A stretch of DNA of 64,000 bases from Lingula anatina (GCA_051362555.1 CM120644.1:12856567-12920566); one strand, 5' to 3'. Shown: positions 1 through 11,052, numbered from the stretch's first letter. Numbers and translations are program-made. Notes: generated by a model not told the origin, from the sequence alone.

Positions 1-1085
1 GAACCATAAAACCGGCAATTTGAGTTTTCGGCATGGTCCATAATAGGGCTAATCTGCCCGTGTCACTAATAAAAACCCTGCGAAATATTTTCATGAGGCA
101 TGATATTGACAAGAACGGCTTCTGTTCTACATATTCTTTGGCATTATGGCGAGAAATCATTGATTTTCAAATAATAATAATAGTAATAAATAAAATAAAA
201 TAAATATAAAAATTACAAAAGATTAATAAATGGTGTATCACGGAAAATCAATCTATACTTTTAATTATTCATTCTATATAATCCGTTTATCACTAGAATT
301 CAAAACTGACTTATTGTGTCTTTAGAGCATGTTCATTTTTTTTTTGACAAAATGCTTATGATCAAAAACTGTTTGGTACAGTATATACATAATTATTTGA
401 ATATTTTAAGTATTAGCCCAACAGACGTGAAACATCAGCGATGAAATGTGCCCAGTAGCAAAGTGAAGCTCTTTGTCACTTGACAACCAGTATGAAAATG
501 GAGCTCGGTGTTTACATTGAAATATGCATGTACAACATATAACTAGGTGATGATAGGAGATTTATAAAACGTTGAATATAGGACACTAGTTGTCGAACAT
601 ATCACCAGGTGAAATAGCAATAGAATATGATTGTATTGAAGAGGGTTATACGCTTATGGAAATATTACTTAATACAATTTGTTAGAACACTGTTGGAGGA
701 CTAGGACTGTTTTCTGGTAAGTAACGTTCGCAATGAAACATATGGGTATACAGGTAGGCTGCAAAGAAAGTATCGGCAACTTCACCGATGTGCTTCAAAC
801 ATCACTTCCAATTTGATAAGCAATTGGTCAACAAAATTTTGATCTTCAGCTGTGATTTTTAGCTGCCGATATTTGGTAAACATTAGTATCAGGTTTCCCC
901 CAATATTTGGCTATTGTTTTAAATAATATGTCTAGGCACGAATGTTTAAAGGTCATCACTGTGAATCATGGGCATTCCCTTAAATGGATTATTGTGAACA
1001 TGTAGGCTCCTTCTATTTTATACTGGATGATCGAGTGTTGTGTAATTCTATTAATGCCCTTTTTAGAAAACTTGACCTTGTAAGG

Positions 1086-2816
1086 ATGTTCTCTACTAAG
1101 TCGATAACTTTGCTGCTGCTGGTGACTATTGAAATTATTGAGTCTTCAGATGGGGTGAAGGTAGGTCCAGAAACAAATGTGTCGTTTTTTGTTTTATTTT
1201 ATTTATTAAATTTATTTAATTTTTTTTTTATAAAACCAACAACAGAAGTAAGGAACTTGGGTGTTATTTTTAATAACAAATGTGAAATGACATCACACAT
1301 CAACAAAGTATGTAAAACAGCATATTTTAGTCTCCAACAAATATCCAAGATCTGTCACCTTATTAACACCAAGCAAACTGAATTACTCATCCATGCATTT
1401 GTAACTTCTAGACTGGATTATTGCAATAGCCTATTGTTTGGAATACCTAACTATCAAATGGAAAAGTTACAATCAATTCAGAACTCTGCTGCTCGTCTCC
1501 TCTGTAAAGCTCAGAAGTCCGAACACATCACACCAATTCTGCGAAACCTCCACTGGCTACCCGTGTCTCAACGAATAGTTTTTAAAATATTACTTTTGAC
1601 TTTCAAGATTTTTAATGACGACTGTCCATTTTACTTAAACTCTACCATAGAACTTTTAACTCCTATCAGATCACTTCGATCTAGTGGACAACTTCAACTT
1701 ACGCGAAAAGACACCAAAAAGACTCTTAAAACATATGGACACAGAAGTTTCGAGATTTGTGCACCGATTTTATGGTCTAATTTTATCACAAGATCTAATG
1801 TGTCTCTGGATGACTCATATTACTGTTTTAAGAAGAATTTAAAAACTTTTTTATTTAAAGAATACTTTAATTTATAGCATCTTCTTAGTTTTTAAATTTT
1901 TTAAGTTTTCTGTTTTAGTTTATACTGGCTTTAATTTATCTGTGGAGTTTTAATTTTTTATGTAAACAGCGCTGAGACGCATGTGTAGCGCGGTTTTAAA
2001 GAAGTGTTTTATTATTATTATTATTATTATTAATTTGTTAAAACATTTGCTTGACTAGGATAAGGCTGTGAGAAATGTATAGCACATAATACCAAATGAA
2101 CACTAATAAGTAAATGGGTAAACATATGAGTTAAGGACAGGGGTGAGCTTTTACTTTTGCAGTAGAATCAATGTACATGTAAAACCAGAATAAATGTTTC
2201 AAGCGTAATTTTCAATAAGTAGGAAAATGTGCTGGCAAAAGGCATGAAAAGTCTTTTATTCATTTTTTAGGACCTCAACGGAATCTTTAGTTCGTATTTT
2301 ATTTTAAAGTTAAAAAAATTTTCCGATATTATCGACGTTGATGAAGATGGTACGGTAACTAAAGAATAATTAATTGATCTAACAGTGAACAGAGCTCAAC
2401 AAATCCTGCCACCTTGGAGAGTAATGGCAGTGTGTGGCATCTTGTCCAGCGGCTATAAAATCTGGTGGTCAAACAACTATAGCACCTATAAAACATCTAT
2501 TACCTTTGAAGAAATACTTCGTGCTGTGAAGAAGGAAATTCCTACAACAAAAAAGGCAGAAGTCAAAATTGCTTGTGAGTGGTTTCACACAATCGATCTT
2601 GACTGTGATGGCAAATTAACATTAGAAGAGTGTTCCAACTTTCTTGCAATCTTCCGTAATACAGCTGAGGTTCAAGATATATTAGATGCCATAAACCGCA
2701 AAAAAGATGGCATCATTGATCGATTTGATTTCGTATATGGATACACGCATTTTTGGTATGACCAACAACCCAGTCCTGCCGCATACATGATTGACGAATT
2801 AGATAAAACAAAATGA
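1086..2816 (+). pseudogene. Secreted EF-hand (SCP/photoprotein-fold) gene copy 1, divergent paralogue; exons 1086-1160 and 2271-2816; in-frame TAA at 2367-2369
   Basis: Exon MFSTKSITLLLLVTIEIIESSDGVK ends AAG|GTAGGT; acceptor TTTTTTAG at 2270. The phase-0 join reads DLNGIFSSYFILKLKKFSDIIDVDEDGTVTKE*, then continues in frame with ORF 2385-2816 (DLDCDGKLTLEE; ...YTHFWYDQ). The TAA replaces the Glu at EF1 loop position 12. Confidence 0.85.
1231..2030 (+). mobile_element. 5'-truncated L2/CR1-clade LINE (RT C-terminal region, 3' UTR, (TTA)n tail) in the intron of copy 1
   Basis: VRNLGVIF...LIHAFVTSRLDYCNSLL...LQSIQNSAARLL...HITPILRNLHWLPV is the typical L2/CR1 post-RT region; stop at 1877; 3' tail ...AGCGCTGAGAC...AGCGC... 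followed by TTA repeats. Confidence 0.85.
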
Positions 2817-2952
2817 TGTGATTCCACCGTTTCTATTTGGAATGCAATTACTTATGACAAAAAGTTGGAAGAAATTATACGACTTACCAATTAACTTTTT
2901 AATTGATACAAATAATAATTAAGCAAAATATTTTCCTCCCGGTTTAAAAGTT

Positions 2953-3169
2953 ACACTGCATTCCCATAGATTTAATATCGATCTATCCCCGTGGGGAGTC
3001 TCACTAGATTACTATCAATTTAGCCAGCTTAAATGTCTGTCCCGCCTACTTAAAGCTGTAAAGGGGTAATCAACTTCCGTGCGCGCTCGGCTGACAGCGA
3101 TTTAGCGTGAACCCCCAGGGAGTTAGACCGATCCAGATGGATCGATCTAAATCTGTAGGAATGCAGTCT
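2953..3169. mobile_element. MITE (PIF/Harbinger-like), copy A
   Basis: Terminal inverted repeats ACTGCATTCC..AGATTTA / TAAATCT..GGAATGCAGT; a related copy lies at 32242-32456. Confidence 0.7.
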
Positions 3170-3629
3170 CAATTACATGTACTTTCCGTTAATTAAATAA
3201 TAATCCGTCTTGGCGGATGTCTGCGTTCTCTTACTACTTTGAAAATATTTAAAGGCAGTGTAATCATTTGGGGGGGGGGGGATAAATGACGTGCCATTTA
3301 ATTAAAAAACCTTTAAATACTTGATCTGCAAAATAGAAGATATGGTTCCAGATCAAGAGACGCTGGAAAGAAAACAGGTAACCACTCCATGAGCAAAGCA
3401 GCAAATGGATATATAAACCTCTGTATTGTAAGAAAAATAAAGACCTCTGAATGGATGCTTGAAATTTCAACCCACCATTCTAATGGTATACACACGATGT
3501 AACATAATAGCGAAAACATTTGCATGACAGCATAATGACCCTTTTTCTTGGAAGCCCGTATGAATATGTAGTATGTTGCTTACATTTAGTTAAACAAAGC
3601 TAGGCTTTGAAAGCATCTGGCGTAATGGG

Positions 3630-3790
3630 ATTGATAATATGAGGAATAGGGGGCATGAGTACGTGACAAAGCAACTTTATCTGGAATACAATTCAATATT
3701 ATTGCAAATAAAACACTACGCTTCCTTAAAACTCCACGTGTCAGTCAAGGTACAGACATCTCACAGAATTGTACGACAGAAAGCTGGTAA
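3630..3790 (+). promoter_or_regulatory. Conserved promoter block and probable non-coding first exon (~3743-3786) of copy 2
   Basis: TGATAA...TACGTGAC (3660)...TTTATCT...A/T-rich TATA-like box...TCAGTC (3741)...CTG|GTAAGG (3787). The block recurs before copies 3-9, and a conserved acceptor (TTTTAG, 4116) lies ~30 nt upstream of the ATG. Confidence 0.6.
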
Positions 3791-4144
3791 GGCACATACT
3801 GTTTAATAACATTTGGGGGTGATATTATGTCAGATTCAGGACTGAACAGTTCCATAATACCCAGGCATAAATTTTTAATACGAGCTACCAATTCTCAGAG
3901 TTTAATTGTACAACTAATGTGCTATGAGTTATAATAAGTGTATTCTTTTCCATAACAGTATTATTATTACCTTTAAACGTGTTTAATAGATGTGGTAGAT
4001 ACATCTAGGTGTAAATTGTAAAAAGGAACCAGATCATTTCTTTTAAAGGGGGACTTAAATAAATCATATTTCATACTGGTTGATATATTTTAGTTATGTT
4101 GATTCCCTTGTTTTAGAAATCCTGGTAGTTTAGACTTTGAAATA

Positions 4145-5301
4145 ATGTCATCCATTAAGCTGATAAGTCTGCTCCTACTGGTTGCTGTTCAAACTGTCGA
4201 TTCTTCAAGTTCTGTGAAGGTAGGTCCAGAAAATCGTTTGTTTTTATTGTTCTTTTATTGAAACAAGCTTAGACAGTTGATAGAAAGGCAACACGGTTCT
4301 TAAATTGCAGGTAGTTGTGTTGGGATTTTCTGCTAGTCTGAAATCTTTTAGTGTGTTTATTGGATAAGAGAAAATATTTTTCTTGGATGGTGACTTAACG
4401 TGTGTGTAAAAAAAACAACAACAAAAAACAAAACAAAACAATTTTGATATTTTCATAAAACCAATATTTTTTCGGCAAAATCAATGACTTTTTTTTAGAA
4501 AAATACACCTGATCCAAACAATTACAGCATCTCATATGTTCGTTAATTAAGCCGAAACCAAATCATTTCCCAAATATTTAAACAGGATATATGCAAGAAA
4601 ATGTCATATTTAAATATATGATAAATAAAATATATCCAGGACTCATTTGAAAACCAATTTTTATATGTCCTTTTAAAAGAGTCTTTCAACTTTCAAAGAG
4701 ATAAGTTCCTAATTGGAAAGATGGACAAGGATGGGTCATTAAAGATAATTTCTTCATATTTCAGAACACCAAAGGAAAATTTAGTTCCTACTATATCACC
4801 AAGTTAAAAGAATTCTTTAATATCTTCGACGTTGATGAAGATGGTGTTGTTACTGAAGAGGAATATGTTGGTTTAACAACGGAACGAGCTCAAAAAGTTC
4901 TGCCGTCTTGGAGAGCTATGGCGGTGAATGGTATATTTTCCAATGCCTTTCGGGTCTGGTGGTCAAACAAATACTCCAACTATGAAACAGTCTTCACTTT
5001 GCAAGATATGATTCGTGTTCACGAGATAGACATGCCTATTGAGACGAAGGAGGCCGCCGAAATCTCATCTGATTTGTTTGGCACATTTGACATTGACTGT
5101 GATGGCAAGTTGACAGTAGATGAGTATTCCAAATTCCTTTTTGTTTATCGCAACGCGGCTGAGATTCAACCAATTTTTGATGCAATTGATCAGAACGCAA
5201 ATGGCGTCCTTGATGCAGATGAATTTAAAAGTGCACACGATCTCTCTTGGTATCGACAGGAGTTTAGCACCACTGATATAGTTTTCGGTAAGCGGTACTG
5301 A
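4145..5301 (+). CDS. Secreted EF-hand Ca2+-binding protein (SCP/photoprotein-fold), copy 2, intact, 203 aa; join 4145-4219,4765-5301
   Basis: Signal exon MSSIKLISLLLLVAVQTVDSSSSVK|GTAGGT; acceptor TTTCAG at 4764; open frame with EF loops DVDEDGVVTEEE, DIDCDGKLTVDE, DQNANGVLDADE; ends FGKRY*; AATAAA at ~5589. Confidence 0.92.
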
Positions 5302-6335
5302 TGCAGTCGGCAATGGTCTACGAAAAGTCTACGATTTCCCTTTGGCTTTTAGATTCCAGCTGAAGTCTTTTAGAAATCTACTGTCCCTTTGAAATGTTTG
5401 AGATGCACATTGATTACAACGAGATTTAAATATGTTATACAGGGATGTTTGCTGACATAGAAAAATTGACATGTTCGCATAGAAATCACGTTGTATTGTT
5501 TCTTTAATTTTCAATATTACTCTGAACTGTTTCAGTGAAGTAAATAAAAAATAATATTGTCTTTTCTTTTTGCTGGGTATATATTTGGAATAAAACATCA
5601 AATCCTCCTCTTTGATTCTTATCTATTTCAACATGACTAACCAATTAAACGGATGTTTTTAGAATATATTTAACAATGCATGTATCTTATCTATAATAAC
5701 ATTGATACCAGTGGATTAAAGCTGCACGTGAGCTGTATGTGAAAAACAACAGTATGGCAGCTGATTTTATTTAAGATAACCGTTACTGACGAAGTTGGTG
5801 ATGACAAAGAAGTAATCTGTCCATTAAGTTTTAGCTTTCAGATAACATGTTACTGATTTCCGATGTTGATGTTTGCATCTTTTCGGTGCTTGTAGGCCGT
5901 AATCTAAAGCCTGAGAGATTCTTTTAACTCCCACAACAGGCGGCTAGAAGGTTTCTTCAGAACTAATATTATGGAGTATTTTGCCACCGGAATCCTTCCA
6001 CGAAAGCTGCACAAGAAAACAGTGTTCAATTTCAAACAACCGCGCTAAGTAATGCAAGGATACAGCGCGTAGGGTAAAACTTGGTGGTGCTCAGGACGCA
6101 TTGTCTAATCATAGGACGCAATTGGGCGTAAATCTGCATATGCATGAATCACACTGTGACCTAATTCAACCCAATGCACAATATTTAATTGCCTTAGTTG
6201 TACAATCAGAAAAAAAGTAATTGTGAAAAAATCAATTTTCAAGTTTAATAAAAAAAAAACCAAAAAAACATTGGTTCATGATATGATTTTCTATATCACT
6301 CTACGCATTACATTAAAGGTGCCACTTTGTTAGGT

Positions 6336-6371
<36 letters not shown>

Positions 6372-6709
6372 TCAGCTGTGTGATATATATATATATATAT
6401 ATTGGTCAATTTGCCTCGAAACAGTGCCACAATAAGGATACAAGAAGTCAAAATTGCATTTGATAGCATTGTTTCACACAGCTGATCTTAAATGGGATGG
6501 AAAATTAACATTGTTACTGGGTATTTGTTAGAAAAGTAGGTAAATCTATAGCTGCTTGAAATTCTATTACTCAAATGGTATAAGAATGATGTAACATACT
6601 TCATGTAGCAAGGAAATGTGCCTCTTTTTAGGTAGCCCGTATTAACGTGTAGTATGGCGCTTACAGTTGATTACACAATGTTAAGCTTTGAAATCCGCGG
6701 GCGAAATGG

Positions 6710-6872
6710 AATTGATAACATGAGAAATAGGGGGCACGAGTACGTGACAAAGCAAATTTATCTGGAATACATTTCAGTTTTATGGTACTTAAATATACTG
6801 CCCTCCTTCAAACACCACGCATCAGTCAAGGTGCAGATTTCTTAGGGAATTGTAGGACAGGGAACTGGTACG
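6710..6872 (+). promoter_or_regulatory. Promoter block / non-coding exon of copy 3, separated from its coding exons by a 17-kb insertion
   Basis: TGATAA, TACGTG at 6741, TCAGTC at 6822, CTG|GTACGG at 6868. The homologous flank breaks at 7050 and resumes at ~24156. Confidence 0.6.
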
Positions 6873-7059
6873 GTATGTATACTGTTCAATAACATTATCA
6901 GATACTACTATGAAAATGGTACCCCTTGTCTTTTCACTTAGCACTCAGCTCATAGAGGATGAAGCTGAAGTTAAGGGTTGTCATCATAGTAGTGCTGGTT
7001 GTTGTAAATGGTAAGTCCGAGCGCCGTATGTGCAGCATCTTAGTTTTTATGTACAGACA

Positions 7060-7375
7060 CAGCATATATGCAACCCTGTAAACACATTTTAAGGAAAACC
7101 GTTAGGCCTGTTGTCATGAAACTCACAGGAGTAATCAGCCTTACTAAAACGCAGGTCAAGTTCGGAAATCGGCATGATCAGGCCACTATTTTAGAAGTTA
7201 TGCTGTTTTTTCATTTTTCAGCATATATGCAACACTGTAAACACATTTTAAGGAAAACCGTTAGGCCTGTTGTCATGAAACTCACAGGAGTAATCAATCT
7301 TACTAAAACGCAGGTTGAGTTCGAAAATCAGCATAATCGGGGCATTATTTTAGAAGTTATGCTGTTTTTTCAAAT
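7060..7375 (+). repeat. ~159-bp tandem repeat (2 copies) inside the HINE-like element
   Basis: AGCATATATGCAAC.CTGTAAACACATTTTAAGGAAAACCGTTAGG... at 7061 and 7220; a diverged copy lies at ~22715. Confidence 0.9.
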
Positions 7376-8619
7376 TTCCTCAGATTCAACTCTTAGGCAT
7401 GTTAACAGTCTCATTATTGAATTAATAAGATACGTAAAAGTGTTTATTTGACATTTCCTGCATCTTTACAACATTGTTAGTTGATTATGTAAAAATGATG
7501 GTAAACTTGTTATTGTGTATTGTGTAATAAAGTGTCAAAAATGGAAATAAACTCATATCATTGCCTTTTGTCAAATTCAATCATTCAGTATGTTCAGAAT
7601 CTCAGAATTGAGGAAATTGGACATTTAACACTGTTTTTTTTGATAATTTTCCCATCTCATCAATTTTCTTAGTTGATCATATAAAATTGCAGTAAACTGT
7701 TTATTGTGTTTTATGTTAAAAAAAGTGTTAAAAATGGAAATAAATCCATGTCAGAACAGTGCTGTCTTGTTTACATTTTGGCATTTTCAAGGTGTGACTT
7801 TGAATTTCCATTGGCCTGAAGACCTTTGCTGGTCATGTTTTCTGAATGTCCATGTTACTAATATTTTATTATTAAAAATTGATGGTCATTATGCTGTTAA
7901 ACATTATGTAATGTTGCATCAAATTTTGAAGAAACCCCTATTTTGGGCACTGCTCCCATGATGACCATTTCAGAAAAACCATGTCACTTACTGTTCTCAA
8001 ACTTACAGGAAAGAAACATGGGACTAAAATACAGCTTCAGTAGGCAATGCAGTCTGTTTGGTAATTCTTTCTGCCAGTTAAACATTTTTATGTCTCCTCC
8101 ATCTCAGTGTACCACAAACTTTTATAGTCTCATTCATAGCAAGAAAGAAGGTAACAAGGAATATTGTTTGTTCGTGATTTGGCCAAACCAGGCCGCTTTT
8201 ATTATATAACCCCTCTATCCTAATCGTTTTAACAATAATAACAATGTAGCAAATTGTTGCCTGTATTAAATGTTATGGCCTTAGGGATAAAAATTATATA
8301 TCAAATATTCAATGAGACTCATCATCCTAAAAATTATGATGCGACGAGTCAGCAAAAGTTATTATTTACCAACAATTTTGCACAAATTTCATTTGTGGGG
8401 TTGCAAAGAGGCCATAACCTTGACTGGTGCCCAAATGCACTGGGCAAGGAAAACCCCACAAAGGAGAGAATGAAGTAGTCCAATGCAGTTTGGAGAACAA
8501 TGAATTTCCACAAAAATAATGGCTATTAGTAAAAAGAAAATGAGTAAGTAAATGAATTATGAAAGCATGCATGCACATACACACACTTTTGATAGTGGGG
8601 AAAAAGATAAATAACCCTG

Positions 8620-8729
8620 TTAAGAAGGCATGCCTATTGACCCGTCACAGTAGGGAAGAAAGTATAAGTAAATAAACAAATATGTCATAAAAGCATGCCA
8701 ATCAACCCGACGTAGTGGGGAGGATAATA

Positions 8730-8780
<51 letters not shown>

Positions 8781-9430
8781 ATATGTCATAAAAGCATGCC
8801 ACTCAACCCGACGTAGCGGGGAGGATAGTAAATAATTGTCATAAAAGCATGCCGCTCAACCCGACGTAGCGGGGAGGATAATATAAATAAATAAATATGT
8901 CATAAAAGCATGCCACACAACCCGACGTAGCAGGGAGTATAACATAATTAAATTAATAAAAAAAAGTAAATAAAAAAAATTATGTCATAAAAGCATGCCA
9001 CACAACCCGACGTAGCGGGGAGGATAGTAAATAAATGTCATAAAAGCATGCCACTCAACCCGACGTAGCGGGGAGGATATTATAAATAAATAAATATGTC
9101 ATAAAAGCATGCCACTCAACCCGACGTAGCGGGGAGGATAATATAAATAAATAAATAAACATGTCATAAAAGCATGCCACTCAACCCGATGTAGCGGGTG
9201 AGGAAAATATAAATAAATAAACAAGTATGTGCTAAAAGCATGCTGCTCTACCCAACATACTGATGAGGAACGCATAAATAAATAAATAAAGAACTATGTT
9301 GGAAAAGCATGCTGTTAGTCCCGATGCAGTGGGAAGTAAAATATAAATAAATAAACTGCCTGTGGCATAGAAAGATGCCAGAAAAAATAAGATGAAATGA
9401 CATTAATGCTGTATGAGAAAAATAAATAAA
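8620..9430 (+). repeat. Minisatellite: ~40-bp core TGTCATAAAAGCATGCCACTCAACCCGACGTAGCGGGGAGGA separated by variable (TAAA)n, ~12 units
   Basis: Direct reading; the cores decay at both ends of the array. Confidence 0.92.
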
Positions 9431-9489
9431 TAAATAAATAAATAAATGAAATGGAGAGGTCTGAAACTGTGCAGCATGCATGGTGTATA

Positions 9490-10880
9490 AGGGGCCTGAA
9501 GAGGCCTTAATCTTGGTAGGAAACAAATTGGCTCTAAAAGGGGAGAACTGGTAAAGGAAATGTAGCTTGACCTTGAGAAGGACATAATTTGGTAACGAAA
9601 CGAATGTATGTAAGGCTCTGTAAAGGCCGAAATCTACTAAAGAAGCTGGTTTAGAAACGAATGTGCAAGATGCCCTGAAAAATTTGTAAACTGGTAAAAA
9701 AAAGGTGAACATTGGCCCTGCAAAGGACAGAATCTGGTTAAGAAACGAATGTGCCCTGAAAAGGACAGAATCTGGTGAAGAAACGAATGTGCCCTGAAAA
9801 GGGCAGAATCTGGTTAAGAAGGAAGTGTACCATAGCCTTGAAAAGGTCAGAGAATGGTAAAGAACACAACATACATAGACCCTGAAAAGATCAGAAACAG
9901 GTAAAGAAAGGTGAACCTTGGTCCTGAAAAGGACAGAATCTGGTTAAAAAACGAATTTTCCCTGAAAAGGACAAGATCTGATTAAGAAGGAAGAGTACCA
10001 TAGCCTTGAAAAGGTGAGAAACTGGTAAAGAACACAACAATACATAGACCCTGAAAAGGTCAAAAACTAGTAACTAATGTGAACCTTGGTCCTGAAAAGG
10101 ACAGAATCTGGTTAATAACGAATGTGCCCTGAAAAGGACAGAATCTGGTTAAGAAGCGAATGTGCCCTGCAAAGGACAAGATCCGATTAAGAAGGAAGTG
10201 TACCGTAGGATTGAAAAGGTCAGAAACTGGTAAAGAACACAACATACATAGACCCTGAAAAGATCAGGAACTGGTAAAGAAAGGTGAACATTGGTCCTGA
10301 AAAGGACAGAATCTGGTTAAAAAAACAAATGTGCCCTGAAAAGGAGAGAATCTGATTAGGAAGGAAATGTACCATAACCTTGAAAAGGTCAGAAATTGGT
10401 TAAGGACACAACAAACATAGACCCTGAAAAGGTCAGAAACTGGTAGAGAACACAACGTACATAAACCCTAAAAAGGTCAGAAACTGGTAAAGAAAGGTGT
10501 ACCTTGGTCCTGAAAAGGACAGAATCTCGTTAAAAAACCAATGTGCACAAGGCTCTGAAAAGAAGTACGTGTACCTTGGCCTAGAAAAGGTCGGGATCCG
10601 GATAAGAGAGCAAATGTGTATGAGGCCCTGAAAAGGACAGAATTTGTTTAACAAACTAAAGTGCACAAGGCCCTGAAAAAGGCCGGATTCTGATTATGAA
10701 GGAAGTTTATCTTGATCCTGAAAAGGTCAGAAACTGGTTAAGAAAGCAACGTGGATGAGGCCCTAAAAAGGTCAGAAACTGACCTAGAAAGGAAGTGTAC
10801 CTTGGCCCTGAAAAGGTCGTGATCCAGTTAAGTGACCAATTTACATGAGGCCCTGAAAAGGTCAGAGTCTGATTAAGAAA
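9490..10880 (+). repeat. Minisatellite with core CCTGAAAAGG(A/T)CAGAA..TGGT(T/A)AAGAA, ~38-45-bp units with higher-order organisation
   Basis: About 30 recurrences of the core; variant unit blocks recur at ~9836, 10005, 10208 and 10378. Confidence 0.9.
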
Positions 10881-11027
10881 AGTGAAAGGGGGCGGGGTTT
10901 AGTTCAACTTACTGAGAGAAATTCTTTCTGATGGGTCCATGCTTATTAGGCTTAAGTTTGTATTGCCCCATGTCCGAAAGGTGTGCTCCAACCCGAGTGG
11001 CATTCAGCAAACAAAGTGAAAACTTAT

Positions 11028-11052
11028 ATTATTATTACTATTATTATTATTA

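Noticed and set aside
984-1877. 297-aa ORF as a single gene
   Set aside because: It is a chance fusion of intron sequence, the signal-peptide exon of copy 1, and an intronic LINE fragment.
4145-5301. Calling these bona fide aequorin/obelin-type photoproteins or calmodulin
   Set aside because: The His16- and Tyr184-equivalent residues and terminal Pro are absent and His169 is present only in copy 2; the degenerate EF2, length and signal peptide exclude calmodulin.
5065-5313. Recurrent antisense ORFs (MPTASVPL..., MHLQI...) opposite each EF-hand exon
   Set aside because: They recur only because the sense exon is duplicated; lengths vary and there are no independent coding features.
7068-7451. 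127-aa ORF with an internal duplication
   Set aside because: It is a translation of the 159-bp tandem repeat (a multiple of 3) in the HINE-like element.
8620-9430. CRISPR array
   Set aside because: The 'spacers' are (TAAA)n runs rather than unique sequences, there are no cas genes, and the context is spliced eukaryotic DNA.
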